A program made the translations under genes and the position numbers. A DNA stretch of 64,000 nt, taken from the NCBI GenBank assembly GCA_029261235.1, contig JAJDBS010000005.1, positions 16,871-80,870 of the forward strand, in the 5' to 3' direction. The number at the start of each line of letters is the position of its first letter. Position 1 is the first letter of the stretch. The DNA is from Nitrospirales bacterium. GTDB taxonomy: Bacteria; Nitrospirota; Nitrospiria; Nitrospirales; UBA8639. The notes under the pieces are model-generated. The model had not been told where the DNA came from, searched no databases, and was given only the letters and a program-made list of their open reading frames with translations. Below are positions 28,293 through 38,023 of the stretch, piece by piece.

Positions 28293-29746
28293 CAGGGGGC
28301 CAGATGACCAAATACACCTTCGATTCCGCCATTACCATAAGGCGTGCGAGTCGCTATCCGTGGCTCTCCCATCTGATAAGCTTCATCAGGTCGCGGCACG
28401 TGATTCTCGGGATACACACCTTGTAGATATCCCATCAACATGAACTCAAAATCATTCGGCTCCAAATAATGATCGGTCGGCAACGTCTGTTTCACCAGAT
28501 TGAGTGGTTTCACCAAATGTGGCGTCACGATCACAATCAACTCAGTTTCATTCTTTTCAAATGAGGTACTCCTGAATAAGGCCCCGAGGATTGGAATTTC
28601 ACCTAATACAGGATATTTCGCGATGGTTTCACGAATATTTTCTTGAAGCATTCCAGCAATGGCGAAACTTTGGCCATCCCCCAATTCCACCACAGTTTTC
28701 ACTCGACGGGTTATCAAAGCCGGGACTTGGAATCCGCCCAATTGGATTCCATTCGCAAAATCCAATTCTGAAACCTCAGGATTCACAACGATAGAAATCC
28801 GTTCATTCGAAAGAACAGTTGGAGTAAATTTCAAGCCAACACCAAACTCCTTAAATGTAATACTGAGTGTATTAAAGGTTTGGGGGATGGGGACAGGAAA
28901 CTCCCCTCCCACAAGAAATGACGCTGCCTGACCACTCTCAGTAATCAACGTCGGTTCAGCCAACGATTTTGACAACCCATGTTCTTTCAACATATCAAGG
29001 GTAAGTGTCCAGGCATCGTTACCGATGTTAAATCCCAAAAATGCATTCGCGGCAGCAGAGGCCAAAATACTAAATGTTCCATCATCGTTTTGTTCTATCT
29101 GACTTAACTCGTTCAACGTTCCGATGGAAAAATCACGATCGCCTGTTTGAGATCGTGTAAAGTTAACTCCGAGTCTTTTCAACAACCCGCGTTGCATCTC
29201 TGCAATCTTGACTTCCATCATCACTTGTTGAACACCCCCAACCTGCATCATATTGATGATGTTCTTCGGCGCGAATGGTTCGGCAATAACCAAGGCTCTG
29301 CTCAATGCCTCCACATTAGTGATATTACCTGCGACGGTAATATGTTCATTGCTCGCCATCACTTTCAAGTCTGGTTCTCCTGGCAACAAGATATGCAGTT
29401 GTTCTTTCAATCGTGTCACATCAGGCGTGACTCGAACCTCAAGCACATTGGAAACTTTGCCATCCTGACTCCACAAAGTTAGCGTGGTCGTTCCAATTTT
29501 TTTTGCCGTCACATAAACTTGCTTAGTCGAGAGAACAATGGTGTCGGCTATCTCAGGCTCTGCGAGAGACGCACGCTTGAACCTGTTGGGAGTTTCAACA
29601 ATTTTTGATGTTCCCACCGTCAAGTCCAATGACTGAGGAGAATCAATTTGAGTAGTCTGGTACGTCAAGCCTTCTCCCCAGACCGGACTACTCAACAAGA
29701 GACTCATCGCTATCATGATCAATGGTTGTTTAAAAAAACATGGCAT
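28292..29746 (-). CDS. cpaC: Tad secretin CpaC/RcpA
   Basis: QVMMEVKIAEM, LAEPTL..SGQAASFLVGGEFPVP, VNPEVSELD, PILGALFRS..ETELIVIVTP. Confidence 0.95.
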   Translation of the reverse strand: MPCFFKQPLIMIAMSLLLSSPVWGEGLTYQTTQIDSPQSLDLTVGTSKIVETPNRFKRASLAEPEIADTIVLSTKQVYVTAKKIGTTTLTLWSQDGKVSNVLEVRVTPDVTRLKEQLHILLPGEPDLKVMASNEHITVAGNITNVEALSRALVIAEPFAPKNIINMMQVGGVQQVMMEVKIAEMQRGLLKRLGVNFTRSQTGDRDFSIGTLNELSQIEQNDDGTFSILASAAANAFLGFNIGNDAWTLTLDMLKEHGLSKSLAEPTLITESGQAASFLVGGEFPVPIPQTFNTLSITFKEFGVGLKFTPTVLSNERISIVVNPEVSELDFANGIQLGGFQVPALITRRVKTVVELGDGQSFAIAGMLQENIRETIAKYPVLGEIPILGALFRSTSFEKNETELIVIVTPHLVKPLNLVKQTLPTDHYLEPNDFEFMLMGYLQGVYPENHVPRPDEAYQMGEPRIATRTPYGNGGIEGVFGHLAP

Positions 29747-29825
29747 AATTGTACCTACTTATGGTTAACGTGAGTGGAAACCTCATGATCCCCTGCTATT
29801 TAATAGTCGTGGATACTATTCTTCT

Positions 29826-30641
29826 TTAAAAACGTCGAACCGCTTTATCTTTCCCTTTGATGACTTCTACCCTAACGCCGTTGCCTCTTTTCGGAGCCAG
29901 TTGATATGACGTCATCAGATCAGAAAATTTTGCCCCTCTGGTCTTCTCAATTTCAGGATTGAGCGGACTGCGAAGAGCCAGTCGAATTTTTCCACCATTT
30001 TCTGCCATAGCCAGTTTTTCCGCCTCTTGCAAGGACACCTCAAGGGTAATAACTTTCACTGCTTGAGGCTCTCCCTCATCGACCCGTTCCATTTGTGTGC
30101 CGGTAGCTAAAACCAGAGCGTTTTCCAATACCACTTTGGTGATCTGTGGATCGCTGGTCCGACCGGGACGAGCAAATGTCACCATTACATCCACATGATC
30201 TCCAGGTTTCACAAATCCGGGTAGCCCCACCACTTCATTGACCTTCACGGCCATGGCACGTTTTTGAGGGTCCATCACCGCACTCACTCCACCAGTCGTG
30301 ACATCAATAGGCGCCAGCTTCGATTCCATAATCGGTTCGTTCTTTTTCAAATTTGCTAAGACCACTCGACCTTTCAGATCTTCCGCTTTTGTGAAGTGTC
30401 CAACGGGAAGTGTGTCGTCTGGATAGGTGACTAACCGAATAAACTCGTCTGTGAGTGGCGTTCCCCACGGCACATCGGCACTCGCTATCGCAATTTGCGA
30501 TCCTACAATTTCCACGACCGGTACGGCCTCCGGTTCGCTTACCTGCTGTCCCGCGAGCCATTGATAAATCAAGACCGTGGTTACTAAGGCGATTCCGATC
30601 GCAGCACCTAAAAATAGCAGTGGACGATTTTGCCCCATCAC
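29826..30641 (-). CDS. cpaB: Flp pilus assembly protein CpaB/RcpC
   Basis: SAF domain; KRAMAVKVNEVVGLPGFVKPGDHVDV; IRLALRS. Confidence 0.93.
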   Translation of the reverse strand: MMGQNRPLLFLGAAIGIALVTTVLIYQWLAGQQVSEPEAVPVVEIVGSQIAIASADVPWGTPLTDEFIRLVTYPDDTLPVGHFTKAEDLKGRVVLANLKKNEPIMESKLAPIDVTTGGVSAVMDPQKRAMAVKVNEVVGLPGFVKPGDHVDVMVTFARPGRTSDPQITKVVLENALVLATGTQMERVDEGEPQAVKVITLEVSLQEAEKLAMAENGGKIRLALRSPLNPEIEKTRGAKFSDLMTSYQLAPKRGNGVRVEVIKGKDKAVRRF

Positions 30642-30802
30642 GCTTCCTCCTCGTTATATCTCTGTTTGCTCTTCAATTTTCAACGTTCCTCATCGTTGCC
30701 AGCGAAACTATTTGAACAGTAATTTTTTTTGCGCCTTCAATGCCAATATCGGATTCCTCATCCTCTTTCTTGAGTTTTTCCCTCGTCGCACACTCAATAA
30801 TA

Positions 30803-31333
30803 TTAGACAACCTGATACCACTGATACCCTTGCCCAATGAGAGTCCCAAGACCAATGACAAGTGCATATCGCAGTTTTGGCAAAGAGGTTTCTTCCAAAG
30901 AAGCCGCCACATTTGCCTTCATAAACACCAGAGTCACAAACAAGATCATTATTCTTTCGGCTGTACGAGACAAACCTAAATGCCAAATCATCACAGCCAC
31001 GGCATATAGACCACCGAGCAAGGTCGCAATAAGAAATCCGACGAAAACGTTAAAAGGGCCAACGATTGCTCCAACGGCAGCAAGCAGCTTCACGTCACCC
31101 GCGCCCATTCCACCATACAGATAAAAACCCAGAAGAAGGACAAGACCCAAGCCCAACCCTGACAAACTAAATACAATCCCAGCACCAGAATCCGAAAAAG
31201 CATGAAACCCAAGTCCGATAAGAGCCAAAGGAAACGTGAGGTAATTTGGAACCCGGCTAGAACGAACATCTGTAATGCCCGCGACTAGAAGCCCAAAGAG
31301 CAGGACACCATAGATAACGAGTTGAGTAGTCAT
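30803..31333 (-). CDS. cpaA: Prepilin peptidase CpaA/TadV (A24)
   Basis: TDVRSSRVPN and MGAGDVKL catalytic Asp motifs; start ATG 31333. Confidence 0.92.
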   Translation of the reverse strand: MTTQLVIYGVLLFGLLVAGITDVRSSRVPNYLTFPLALIGLGFHAFSDSGAGIVFSLSGLGLGLVLLLGFYLYGGMGAGDVKLLAAVGAIVGPFNVFVGFLIATLLGGLYAVAVMIWHLGLSRTAERIMILFVTLVFMKANVAASLEETSLPKLRYALVIGLGTLIGQGYQWYQVV

Positions 31334-31418
31334 AGTCGTCTTTTTTTTGCAGTTTTCTTGTAATTTTTGGAATGAGCGACCCAATCTGCGCAGGAATCAG
31401 CAACGCTCAACAGGATAT

Positions 31419-31445
31419 TGATCGGCGACTTTCTAGCAATCTGTA
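31419..31445 (-). promoter_or_regulatory. Sigma28-like promoter upstream of cpaA
   Basis: TACAGATT-N11-GCCGATCA. Confidence 0.45.
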
Positions 31446-31762
31446 GGAAACAAGGTGAATGATTGGTGAAGGCAAGAACAAAAAGTCATGCGTGATCGAT
31501 CGAAACGTCAGGCATAAAGTAAGTCTTCAATGCCTAAATGTATTGAGGCGGAGAGAGAAATGTGAATCCTAATTCCCGAAGGACAGACGGTAGGTTAATA
31601 CAAGGGAAAAGCTGGAAAAGGTTCGCATCAATGACAGATGCCAAACAATCAACAAAGCTCGGAAACGAAAAAACTCTCTGCATCGAAGAGACGTACCGCG
31701 TTCACCCAGTAAGGAACACCTCAATCATACATTGATGCTCCTTGCTAGAATCACGCGTTGGT

Positions 31763-32338
31763 TCAATAGATGGCAGTGGCGACCATGACAGGATCCGGAT
31801 CTATCCCTCCTCCTCCTCCTCCTCCTCCAAAAAGATCATTATCCAGCAACCCAGCAAGAGGCGTCAGAGGAGTATGCTTATAATAGATTCGAACCACCGA
31901 GAATTGTTGCATTTGAGCAATGCCAGCACCATCTTGCTGGAGATACGCCAATAATGCCGGAGTTAAGCCGCAATTCGTAGCAGTGTCAGGGGCGACGACT
32001 TCAGGCTCCGCTAACGTTCCACCGCCACCTGTCGAGACACACACAGGAGGGTTGCCAGCCGTTGCTCTCGCCACAAAAAGAGCATAATCTGTGGGCTTAT
32101 TCTCAAAATCCAAAGAATAGCTTGCATCTTTTATGATAGCGACGACGGCAGTGGCAGTATCAATATCACGAGAGTAGAGACTGGCCCCTTCTCTGGCCAA
32201 ATGCGTAATCATATTTCGTTCATGAATGCGAGCCCCAAACTCGACAACACCGAAGGCCAGGACCGAGAAGATCAAGAACATCATCAAAAATTCCAGAGCA
32301 ACCACACCCTGATTTGATTGAAGAATTGGTCGTTTCAT
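31763..32338 (-). CDS. TadE/TadF-like pseudopilin
   Basis: QGVVALEF prepilin site, AREGA; C-terminal Gly8 run. Confidence 0.88.
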   Translation of the reverse strand: MKRPILQSNQGVVALEFLMMFLIFSVLAFGVVEFGARIHERNMITHLAREGASLYSRDIDTATAVVAIIKDASYSLDFENKPTDYALFVARATAGNPPVCVSTGGGGTLAEPEVVAPDTATNCGLTPALLAYLQQDGAGIAQMQQFSVVRIYYKHTPLTPLAGLLDNDLFGGGGGGGGIDPDPVMVATAIY

Positions 32339-32373
32339 AGCTCACGCTCTTTCTCTTGGCTAAAGATAATGGG

Positions 32374-32901
32374 TCATGACCCAGCAGCAGCACCACTACC
32401 ACCACCAAGAAAAGCTTCATTGCGGTACGTACCCTCCGCATGAAGCACAAAATTGTTGGCTGCGCCAAAGAATCCACCGATTAATGGTGTGATAAATTCA
32501 TGAGTGTAATTCACTTGAACTTTCATTAACTGGCCTGCCGTCCCAGCATTTATTGGGACCCCGGCTAGTGCGCCAACAGGATTGATATCAATGTCTGATG
32601 GATCAATGGTGATAAAATAGTTCGAATTATCAACGATCGCTTTTGTAATGGAGTCCGCTCGAGTTAACTGGGTCCCTCCGCTATCTTCAAGTGTCGCTCC
32701 TAAAAGCCCGACTCGCATTCCCTCGTGAGCAGCGAATTGAATGGTATGCTGATGAAAATAATACATCCCCATTTCTATGACTCCAAAGAACGCCAGCATA
32801 AAAGGGAGAATCGTCAGCCCAACTTCCACAGCTGCCGTGCCTCGTGTATTTTTGCACGGGTGAAACGGATGTCTCAAACTATGAAGAATAGTACGCATCA
32901 T
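32374..32901 (-). CDS. tadE: TadE-like pseudopilin
   Basis: RGTAAVEV prepilin site, GVIEMG, AAHEGMR, ITPLIG, RNE. Confidence 0.88.
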   Translation of the reverse strand: MMRTILHSLRHPFHPCKNTRGTAAVEVGLTILPFMLAFFGVIEMGMYYFHQHTIQFAAHEGMRVGLLGATLEDSGGTQLTRADSITKAIVDNSNYFITIDPSDIDINPVGALAGVPINAGTAGQLMKVQVNYTHEFITPLIGGFFGAANNFVLHAEGTYRNEAFLGGGSGAAAGS

Positions 32902-32965
32902 CGTCTTCTACTCCTTCTTCTTTCATTCATTCTCACACGGCTCGTTTCGAGAAATTCCTGAACTC

Positions 32966-34396
32966 TTATTCAATCAAGACCAGTTTAATACTATGGGCAA
33001 TTTCTGAGAACACCGCGCTCAAATCTGTCGAGCTGTTCGCAAAAAACTCATGTTCGGGCGAACTTGCAATTTGACTCAAAAATGCTTTATCCACACTCCC
33101 GAGCCCAACGGTATAGATTTGGTATTCCTTGACGTTTTTGATTTCTGAGGCATGGTCCACCGCCATTTGCTGCGCAACAAGATCCCCATAATTACGGAGC
33201 GTTTGACGGGGAATGCAGTCCTCATGGCCCAATGAATAAACAGGATTGGGCTGGTTATAAATTAGCGGCTCGCTTACCGAAAAGGGATTGGATCCCAGTC
33301 CAAATTCATCGATAGCTTGATCGTAGGTTGGATCAAGTATCCACCATTTCCACGAATTTCTAGTGAGACTTCCGGTACAAGTGGTCGTATACCGTGGCCC
33401 ATTCCCAACCCCAGTTCCGCTTGGTACGGGTTCACCTGAATCACCACCCACCGAGAGTGAACTGTCCTGTTTATCCAGTTCACGCAATGAGAGGGGCTTG
33501 GAACCACTAAACCGCACAGCCGCCTCCACAGGGGCACTTCCATTTGTGGAAAACGGGGCTCTAAAGGCCGTGGGCTGACCATCGGAAAAGAAGATCACGT
33601 ATTGACCAGTTCGTTCATTCGGAGAAACACCGATCTGATTCGACCAACCCATATCCGTACCCTCTGTTCCATCGTCTTGAACCCGATCAAGCGCTTCTTC
33701 CGCATTGGTGTAGCCTCCAACCCCCAAATTAGCGATTGCCGAATCCAAGACAGAAACATACGCATCAGTGAGTGGGAATCTTTTTTGAACCCCAGAGGCA
33801 AAGGTAACGAGAGCCATTTGATTGAGTGGATCGGATTCCATTGATTTGAAACTCTGAACGAACGCTCTCGCTGCGGTCTTTAAATCTCCCATAGCACCGC
33901 TCATCGATCCCGATTGGTCCAAAACTAACGCAATCTCAAACTTCCGCAACTTGGCGACCCCTTTGGACTCAACTTTCGTCTTTTGGTGCGCAGCACCCAT
34001 GACCGATGCAAGGGAATTGACCGCATCAACACTTGCATCAACGGTGATTTTCCCCTTCCCATCATCTGTTACTGTGATATCCAGATTTTCTGTGCTGATC
34101 ATGCCGACAGGAAAGTTGGCTTTTGCTACTTCTGTAACCATTGTCTTTAACGCGTCTCCAGTCAGGCTTCCTGAATTAGCAGCACCCGCAAAGGCCGCTC
34201 CATCGACAGATTTGGAAATTTCCGATTGGATGGCGTACCAGCGGCCGACCTCAATCCCAAGTGCCACAATTCCAAACAATACGAGGATGGTGATCGCGGA
34301 AAAGATAAAATATATTCCTTGTTGATTGGCCAAGGGGCCGCGATTGTTTACACAAGAAGGGATTGGAGCACTGTCATATTTTTGGTGGTTACACAT
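32966..34396 (-). CDS. tadG: TadG-like pseudopilin/adhesin with VWA domain
   Basis: QQG + TM helix, VDGAAFAGA, MIDAS DQSGSM...T...FSDG; start ATG 34396 after GAGGTG. Confidence 0.88.
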   Translation of the reverse strand: MCNHQKYDSAPIPSCVNNRGPLANQQGIYFIFSAITILVLFGIVALGIEVGRWYAIQSEISKSVDGAAFAGAANSGSLTGDALKTMVTEVAKANFPVGMISTENLDITVTDDGKGKITVDASVDAVNSLASVMGAAHQKTKVESKGVAKLRKFEIALVLDQSGSMSGAMGDLKTAARAFVQSFKSMESDPLNQMALVTFASGVQKRFPLTDAYVSVLDSAIANLGVGGYTNAEEALDRVQDDGTEGTDMGWSNQIGVSPNERTGQYVIFFSDGQPTAFRAPFSTNGSAPVEAAVRFSGSKPLSLRELDKQDSSLSVGGDSGEPVPSGTGVGNGPRYTTTCTGSLTRNSWKWWILDPTYDQAIDEFGLGSNPFSVSEPLIYNQPNPVYSLGHEDCIPRQTLRNYGDLVAQQMAVDHASEIKNVKEYQIYTVGLGSVDKAFLSQIASSPEHEFFANSSTDLSAVFSEIAHSIKLVLIE

Positions 34397-34666
34397 ACGC
34401 ACCTCGTCTGTTATTAATAAAAAAATGGATCCATTCGTTTGTGCTTCTGCGCGGTTGGGTTCTTCTTCTCTCGCGGTTATCCCCATACGATTCTCTGACG
34501 CGCAATAATCCGTCTCGCCTACGTAGAACCAGGCTTTCAATCACCTTTGTACGCTTTTGCCGAGAGTGCGATATCGGCTCGTCAGGAAATCAAATTTTGT
34601 CTCTGCCTGGGCAACAACCGAAGAGCCCCTGGCTCAATTTTGACATTCACTTGGCTTGTTATTCAC

Positions 34667-34843
34667 CTACCAAGTCATTTGCCCATACAAGTTGTTAAAT
34701 AAACTCGATAATTGTGTCCCTAATGCCGTCACCGTAGTGATAATCACTCCGGCCAGAAGAGCGGCCAACAATCCATATTCAATAGCCGTGGCGCCTTCGT
34801 CTTCTACCACCAACGCTTTTATCTGTTGTATGGCCCGCTTCAT
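34667..34843 (-). CDS. flp: Flp pilin (58 aa), missed by ORF track
   Basis: MKRAIQQIKALVVEDEG|ATAIEYGLLAALLAGVIITTVTALGTQLSSLFNNLYGQMTW; RBS AGGAG. Confidence 0.95.
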   Translation of the reverse strand: MKRAIQQIKALVVEDEGATAIEYGLLAALLAGVIITTVTALGTQLSSLFNNLYGQMTW

Positions 34844-34917
34844 AATATGTCTTCTCCTACCAGGATTATATGGAATAACGATCCATGTTTGGCTCTTCTC
34901 TCATGAAAAGACTCCGA

Positions 34918-34952
34918 GAGCCTTTTCTGACCAACGCGACCAGAAAAGGCTC
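34918..34952 (-). terminator. Stem-loop between the two flp genes (partial terminator or stabiliser)
   Basis: GAGCCTTTTCTG-N11-CAGAAAAGGCTC 12-bp perfect stem, weak U-tract. Confidence 0.55.
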
Positions 34953-34980
34953 CCGATGCAGAAAGGTACGAAGACTCGTA

Positions 34981-35151
34981 TTAGCTGGCGGCAAGTCCGC
35001 TGTCCACTGCCTTAAACGCAGAATTTAATTTCGTACCAATTGTTGTCACAACCCCAATGATGACAGCCGAGATTAAAGCGGCCAATAAACCATACTCGAT
35101 AGCCGTCGCTCCTTCTTCATCATTGATAAAATTCATGACATGATTCACCAT
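34981..35151 (-). CDS. flp: Flp pilin (56 aa), missed by ORF track; probable major pilin
   Basis: MVNHVMNFINDEEG|ATAIEYGLLAALISAVIIGVVTTIGTKLNSAFKAVDSGLAAS; RBS AAGGAG. Confidence 0.95.
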   Translation of the reverse strand: MVNHVMNFINDEEGATAIEYGLLAALISAVIIGVVTTIGTKLNSAFKAVDSGLAAS

Positions 35152-35240
35152 AGCGTCTCTCCTTGTCGGGCAGAAAAGTGAAATAACGTGATGTCAGTAT
35201 GCCCGGGAACCCTGACACGTACGTCGCCTCTTGAATATTG

Positions 35241-35328
35241 CTTCCTTCGGCAACCCGGCTATCAGAGACCAGCTCTGACCCGTGGCTTTGCGCCCACGCC
35301 TTCCAACGTGTTTGCCTTTATCGGGAAG
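35241..35328 (-). ncRNA. c-di-GMP-I (GEMM-I) riboswitch
   Basis: CUUCCCGAUAAAGGCAAACACGUU-GGAA-GGCGUGGGCGCAAAGCCACGGGUCAGAG...CUCUGAUAGCCGGGUUGCCGAAGGAAG: GGCAAAC, GNRA loop, CGCAAAGCC, GGGUUGCC; 90 nt upstream of flp. Confidence 0.92.
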
Positions 35329-35789
35329 AGGCACCCGACCAATACTATGAAAAGTTGTGATGTGCAGATGTTCTTGCACCCAATTCAATAGGCCACCTGT
35401 TTTCCGATCATTCCTCCTCGAAGGATATAATCGGGGGAGTGGTTGAATTTCACTGATTTGATATTTCATTTTCTATGCTCTCTTTTTTACCCATGTAAAT
35501 GATTTAATCCAGTATCGCCAGACTCATAAAAACCTTGACAAGAAATTTCACCAGTCTCATCTTAGAAAAATTCGCCTAACCATTAAGAAATCAGAAAAAA
35601 GTCTGCCAACGTACGACCAACTCACTTCTAGGAGATTTCCCCACATCTCAATTACTACTATATCTCGCGAAAATCATTGTTTTTCTTGTCACTTTTTTTC
35701 GCAGACCTATCAATGAATCTAATTCGAAGACACTATTTTTGTGCATTGAATACTCTCTTAGTCGATACCTACAGGCTTATGCCTCGTCG

Positions 35790-37062
35790 TCAGTAGTGGA
35801 CCCTATTCATTGGACAGGGATTCTGGATACTGAGTGAAACCTTCTGCTGTATATTTTCGTTCAACAAAAGGAGCAGAAGATGGCACAACGAACGCGACAG
35901 AATCATTCCCCAACGTTTAAAGCTAAAGTCGCCTTAACGGTGATTTGGGAGATCGAACGCTGGCAGAGTTAGTGAAAGAGTTTCATATACATCCCAATCA
36001 GATCCAGGACTAGAAAACAGCTACGTGCAAAAGCTGAGTACGTATTTGATCCAAGACCGCCGATATAGCGACTCACGATCTAGTGCAGTAGAAACTCCAT
36101 GCCAAGAGTGAGCAGCTGTATATGGAGAAGGCGTTTTCAGTCAGCGCTATCGGGTACAGCCAATGCCCGAGAGCAAAGCGATGATCAATGCCAAGCAAGA
36201 ATTCTCTGTTATTCTTCAATGTGGGAAGTTGGCCATCCCACGCTCAAGTGCGTATGCACGCTCACAAGCTGCCTCAGGGTCCAATCTCGAATAGATGAGA
36301 CAACTCGACGCGCTCTATCTCCCAAAGCCGTTCGACGCAAGTCGGCGGCTGTGCGTTGAGCTTCTGCATCAAGGGGATAGAGTGAACCGGAAGCAGATCC
36401 AGCACCTAATGCGGAAAATGGGGTTTCAAGCTATTTGTCCACCCCCCCGCATCAGTCAGCCTGGCAAGGGGCATAAGGTATATCCCTAATTGCTGAGAGG
36501 CCTGAACATTGAACGCTCTAATCAAGTCTGGGTGAATGCCACCTGTTCTATTTTCATGGCCAAAGGGTTCATGTATCTGACGCTCATTATAGACTGGCAC
36601 TCACATCGAGGCTGGCCTGGCGGATCTCGAATACTCTGAAGACTGAAGCCTATGTGGAAGCGTTGGAAGAAGTACTCGACTCTTATGAAGCCCCGCGATT
36701 TCCCCTACCGACCAGAGGACCCAATACACCAGCGAGGCGTTCACGGCAATGCTAAAGATCAGGGGATGCAGATCAGCATGGATGGGAAAGGTCGATGGGT
36801 TAACGATGTCTTTGTTGAATGGGTCTGGTGGAGCGTGAAGTACGAGGATATGTGTATCTCCGAGCCTATGACGCTCCGGCCACGTTCCGAGCGGACCTGA
36901 TACGCTCTTTTCAATTCTATAACAGCGCACGCCATCATCAAGTATTGATCCGACAAGCACCCAATACCGTCTATTTTGCTGCTCTCAAGACAAAGCAAGT
37001 GGCGTAAGGAAAGGCAGAAATTTCACTCAACAGCCTATCCAGGAATGGGGGTCCACTTCTCA
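35790..37062 (+). mobile_element. Decayed IS3-family insertion sequence (~1.27 kb)
   Basis: Imperfect terminal IRs tcagtAGTGGACCCtattcattGGAcAGG / tgagaAGTGGACCCccattcctGGAtAGG; orfA MAQRTRQNHSPTFKAKVAL; orfB pieces VNRKQIQHLMRKMG, MDGKGRWVNDVFVE..W.SVKYE; many stops and frameshifts. Confidence 0.9.
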
Positions 37063-37149
37063 AGCAACAATCATCTGGACGACCTATCATAAAATAGGAG
37101 ATAAGGATTGGTTGAAGAAAACAGACCATTGATAAAAGAATAATTTCCA

Positions 37150-37599
37150 CTCGATCCAACCTCTCCTTCCTTAAAGAAAATATCCCAGTAAAGGCAACCA
37201 CTCGTCACATAAGACGAATCACGACTCCTCAGACATGAACGCCTTTTGAGAAAAGCATGAACACAGCCAAGAGGGTTCCTCCAGCTAAGAGCAACACATC
37301 CATGGAATTCGTCCAGTGGATAGTATCTCCATATGGAACGTTGCTTCTTGGAGAGATGGATTGATTCCATTGCCTCCCTCATACACAAACAGCACTCGAT
37401 TTAATCGGGTATAACTATCGGTGTCCAGAAGTTCTCCCTCAAATACATTTATCGGCCCAAGCACGGCTACGAACAGATGAAACACACAGAATATTCCAAT
37501 CAAGAGAAATCTAGGAGTTGCCTTACTGCGTTCTTTTACTTCCAATTTTTCTAAAATTGACATCATCCTGTTTTCTCTTGAAGCTTGTGCATTATCCAC
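37150..37599 (-). pseudogene. 5' fragment of a GT-C (STT3/AglB-like) membrane glycosyltransferase, frameshifted and truncated next to the IS3
   Basis: TM + LLDTDSYTRLNRV, then after a frameshift near 37373 QWNQSISPRSNVPYGDTIHWTNSMDVLLL...HV* (TGA at 37231). Confidence 0.6.
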
Positions 37600-37953
37600 G
37601 ATTCTTCGTCTAAGCCTTTAACACCTCAACCCTATTCCAGAGATGCTGTGCATGCACTCTCAAACCATCATCCTATTATTGATTTCCTCAACGACAAAGG
37701 GAATAATGCAGGTGACTTGAAGTATTTACCATCTTGCATGAAATTCCCTCAGCAAGCATCAATGAGTACATAAGGTTTCAAAGCATGACTTCCTTCTTTT
37801 CTCCCCGAGAAACTCATCTCATGAACAAGGCAATTTTTTCCACAATTTCGGCAGATCCTACCTAACCGACACCACCGACCCATGCATCACAACGTAGCAA
37901 TCTACGCCATGGATTCTGCTCTCCGCACTGCTTTATAGCCTCAAACAATCTCT

Positions 37954-37969
37954 TGGCACATTGGTTGCT
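37954..37969 (+). promoter_or_regulatory. Sigma54 -24/-12 promoter
   Basis: TGGCACATTGGTTGCT, exact match to TGGCAC-N5-TTGCW, 55 bp before ATG 38024. Confidence 0.8.
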
Positions 37970-38023
37970 TTTCATTTGTCAGTTTATTGCCACAGTTATA
38001 CAGATAGCCCCTTTTTTTAAGGA

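Noticed and set aside
35241-35328. cGAMP-selective (GEMM-Ib) riboswitch with a Hypr GGDEF partner
   Set aside because: Position 20 equivalent is G, and the GGDEF at 56846 keeps the specificity Asp
34656-35469. ORF-track calls 34656..35015(+), 35188..35391(+), 35194..35469(-)
   Set aside because: They overlap the real flp genes and the riboswitch; spurious
35880-37007. Active IS3 transposase with programmed frameshift
   Set aside because: Multiple stops and frameshifts in both ORFs and decayed inverted repeats
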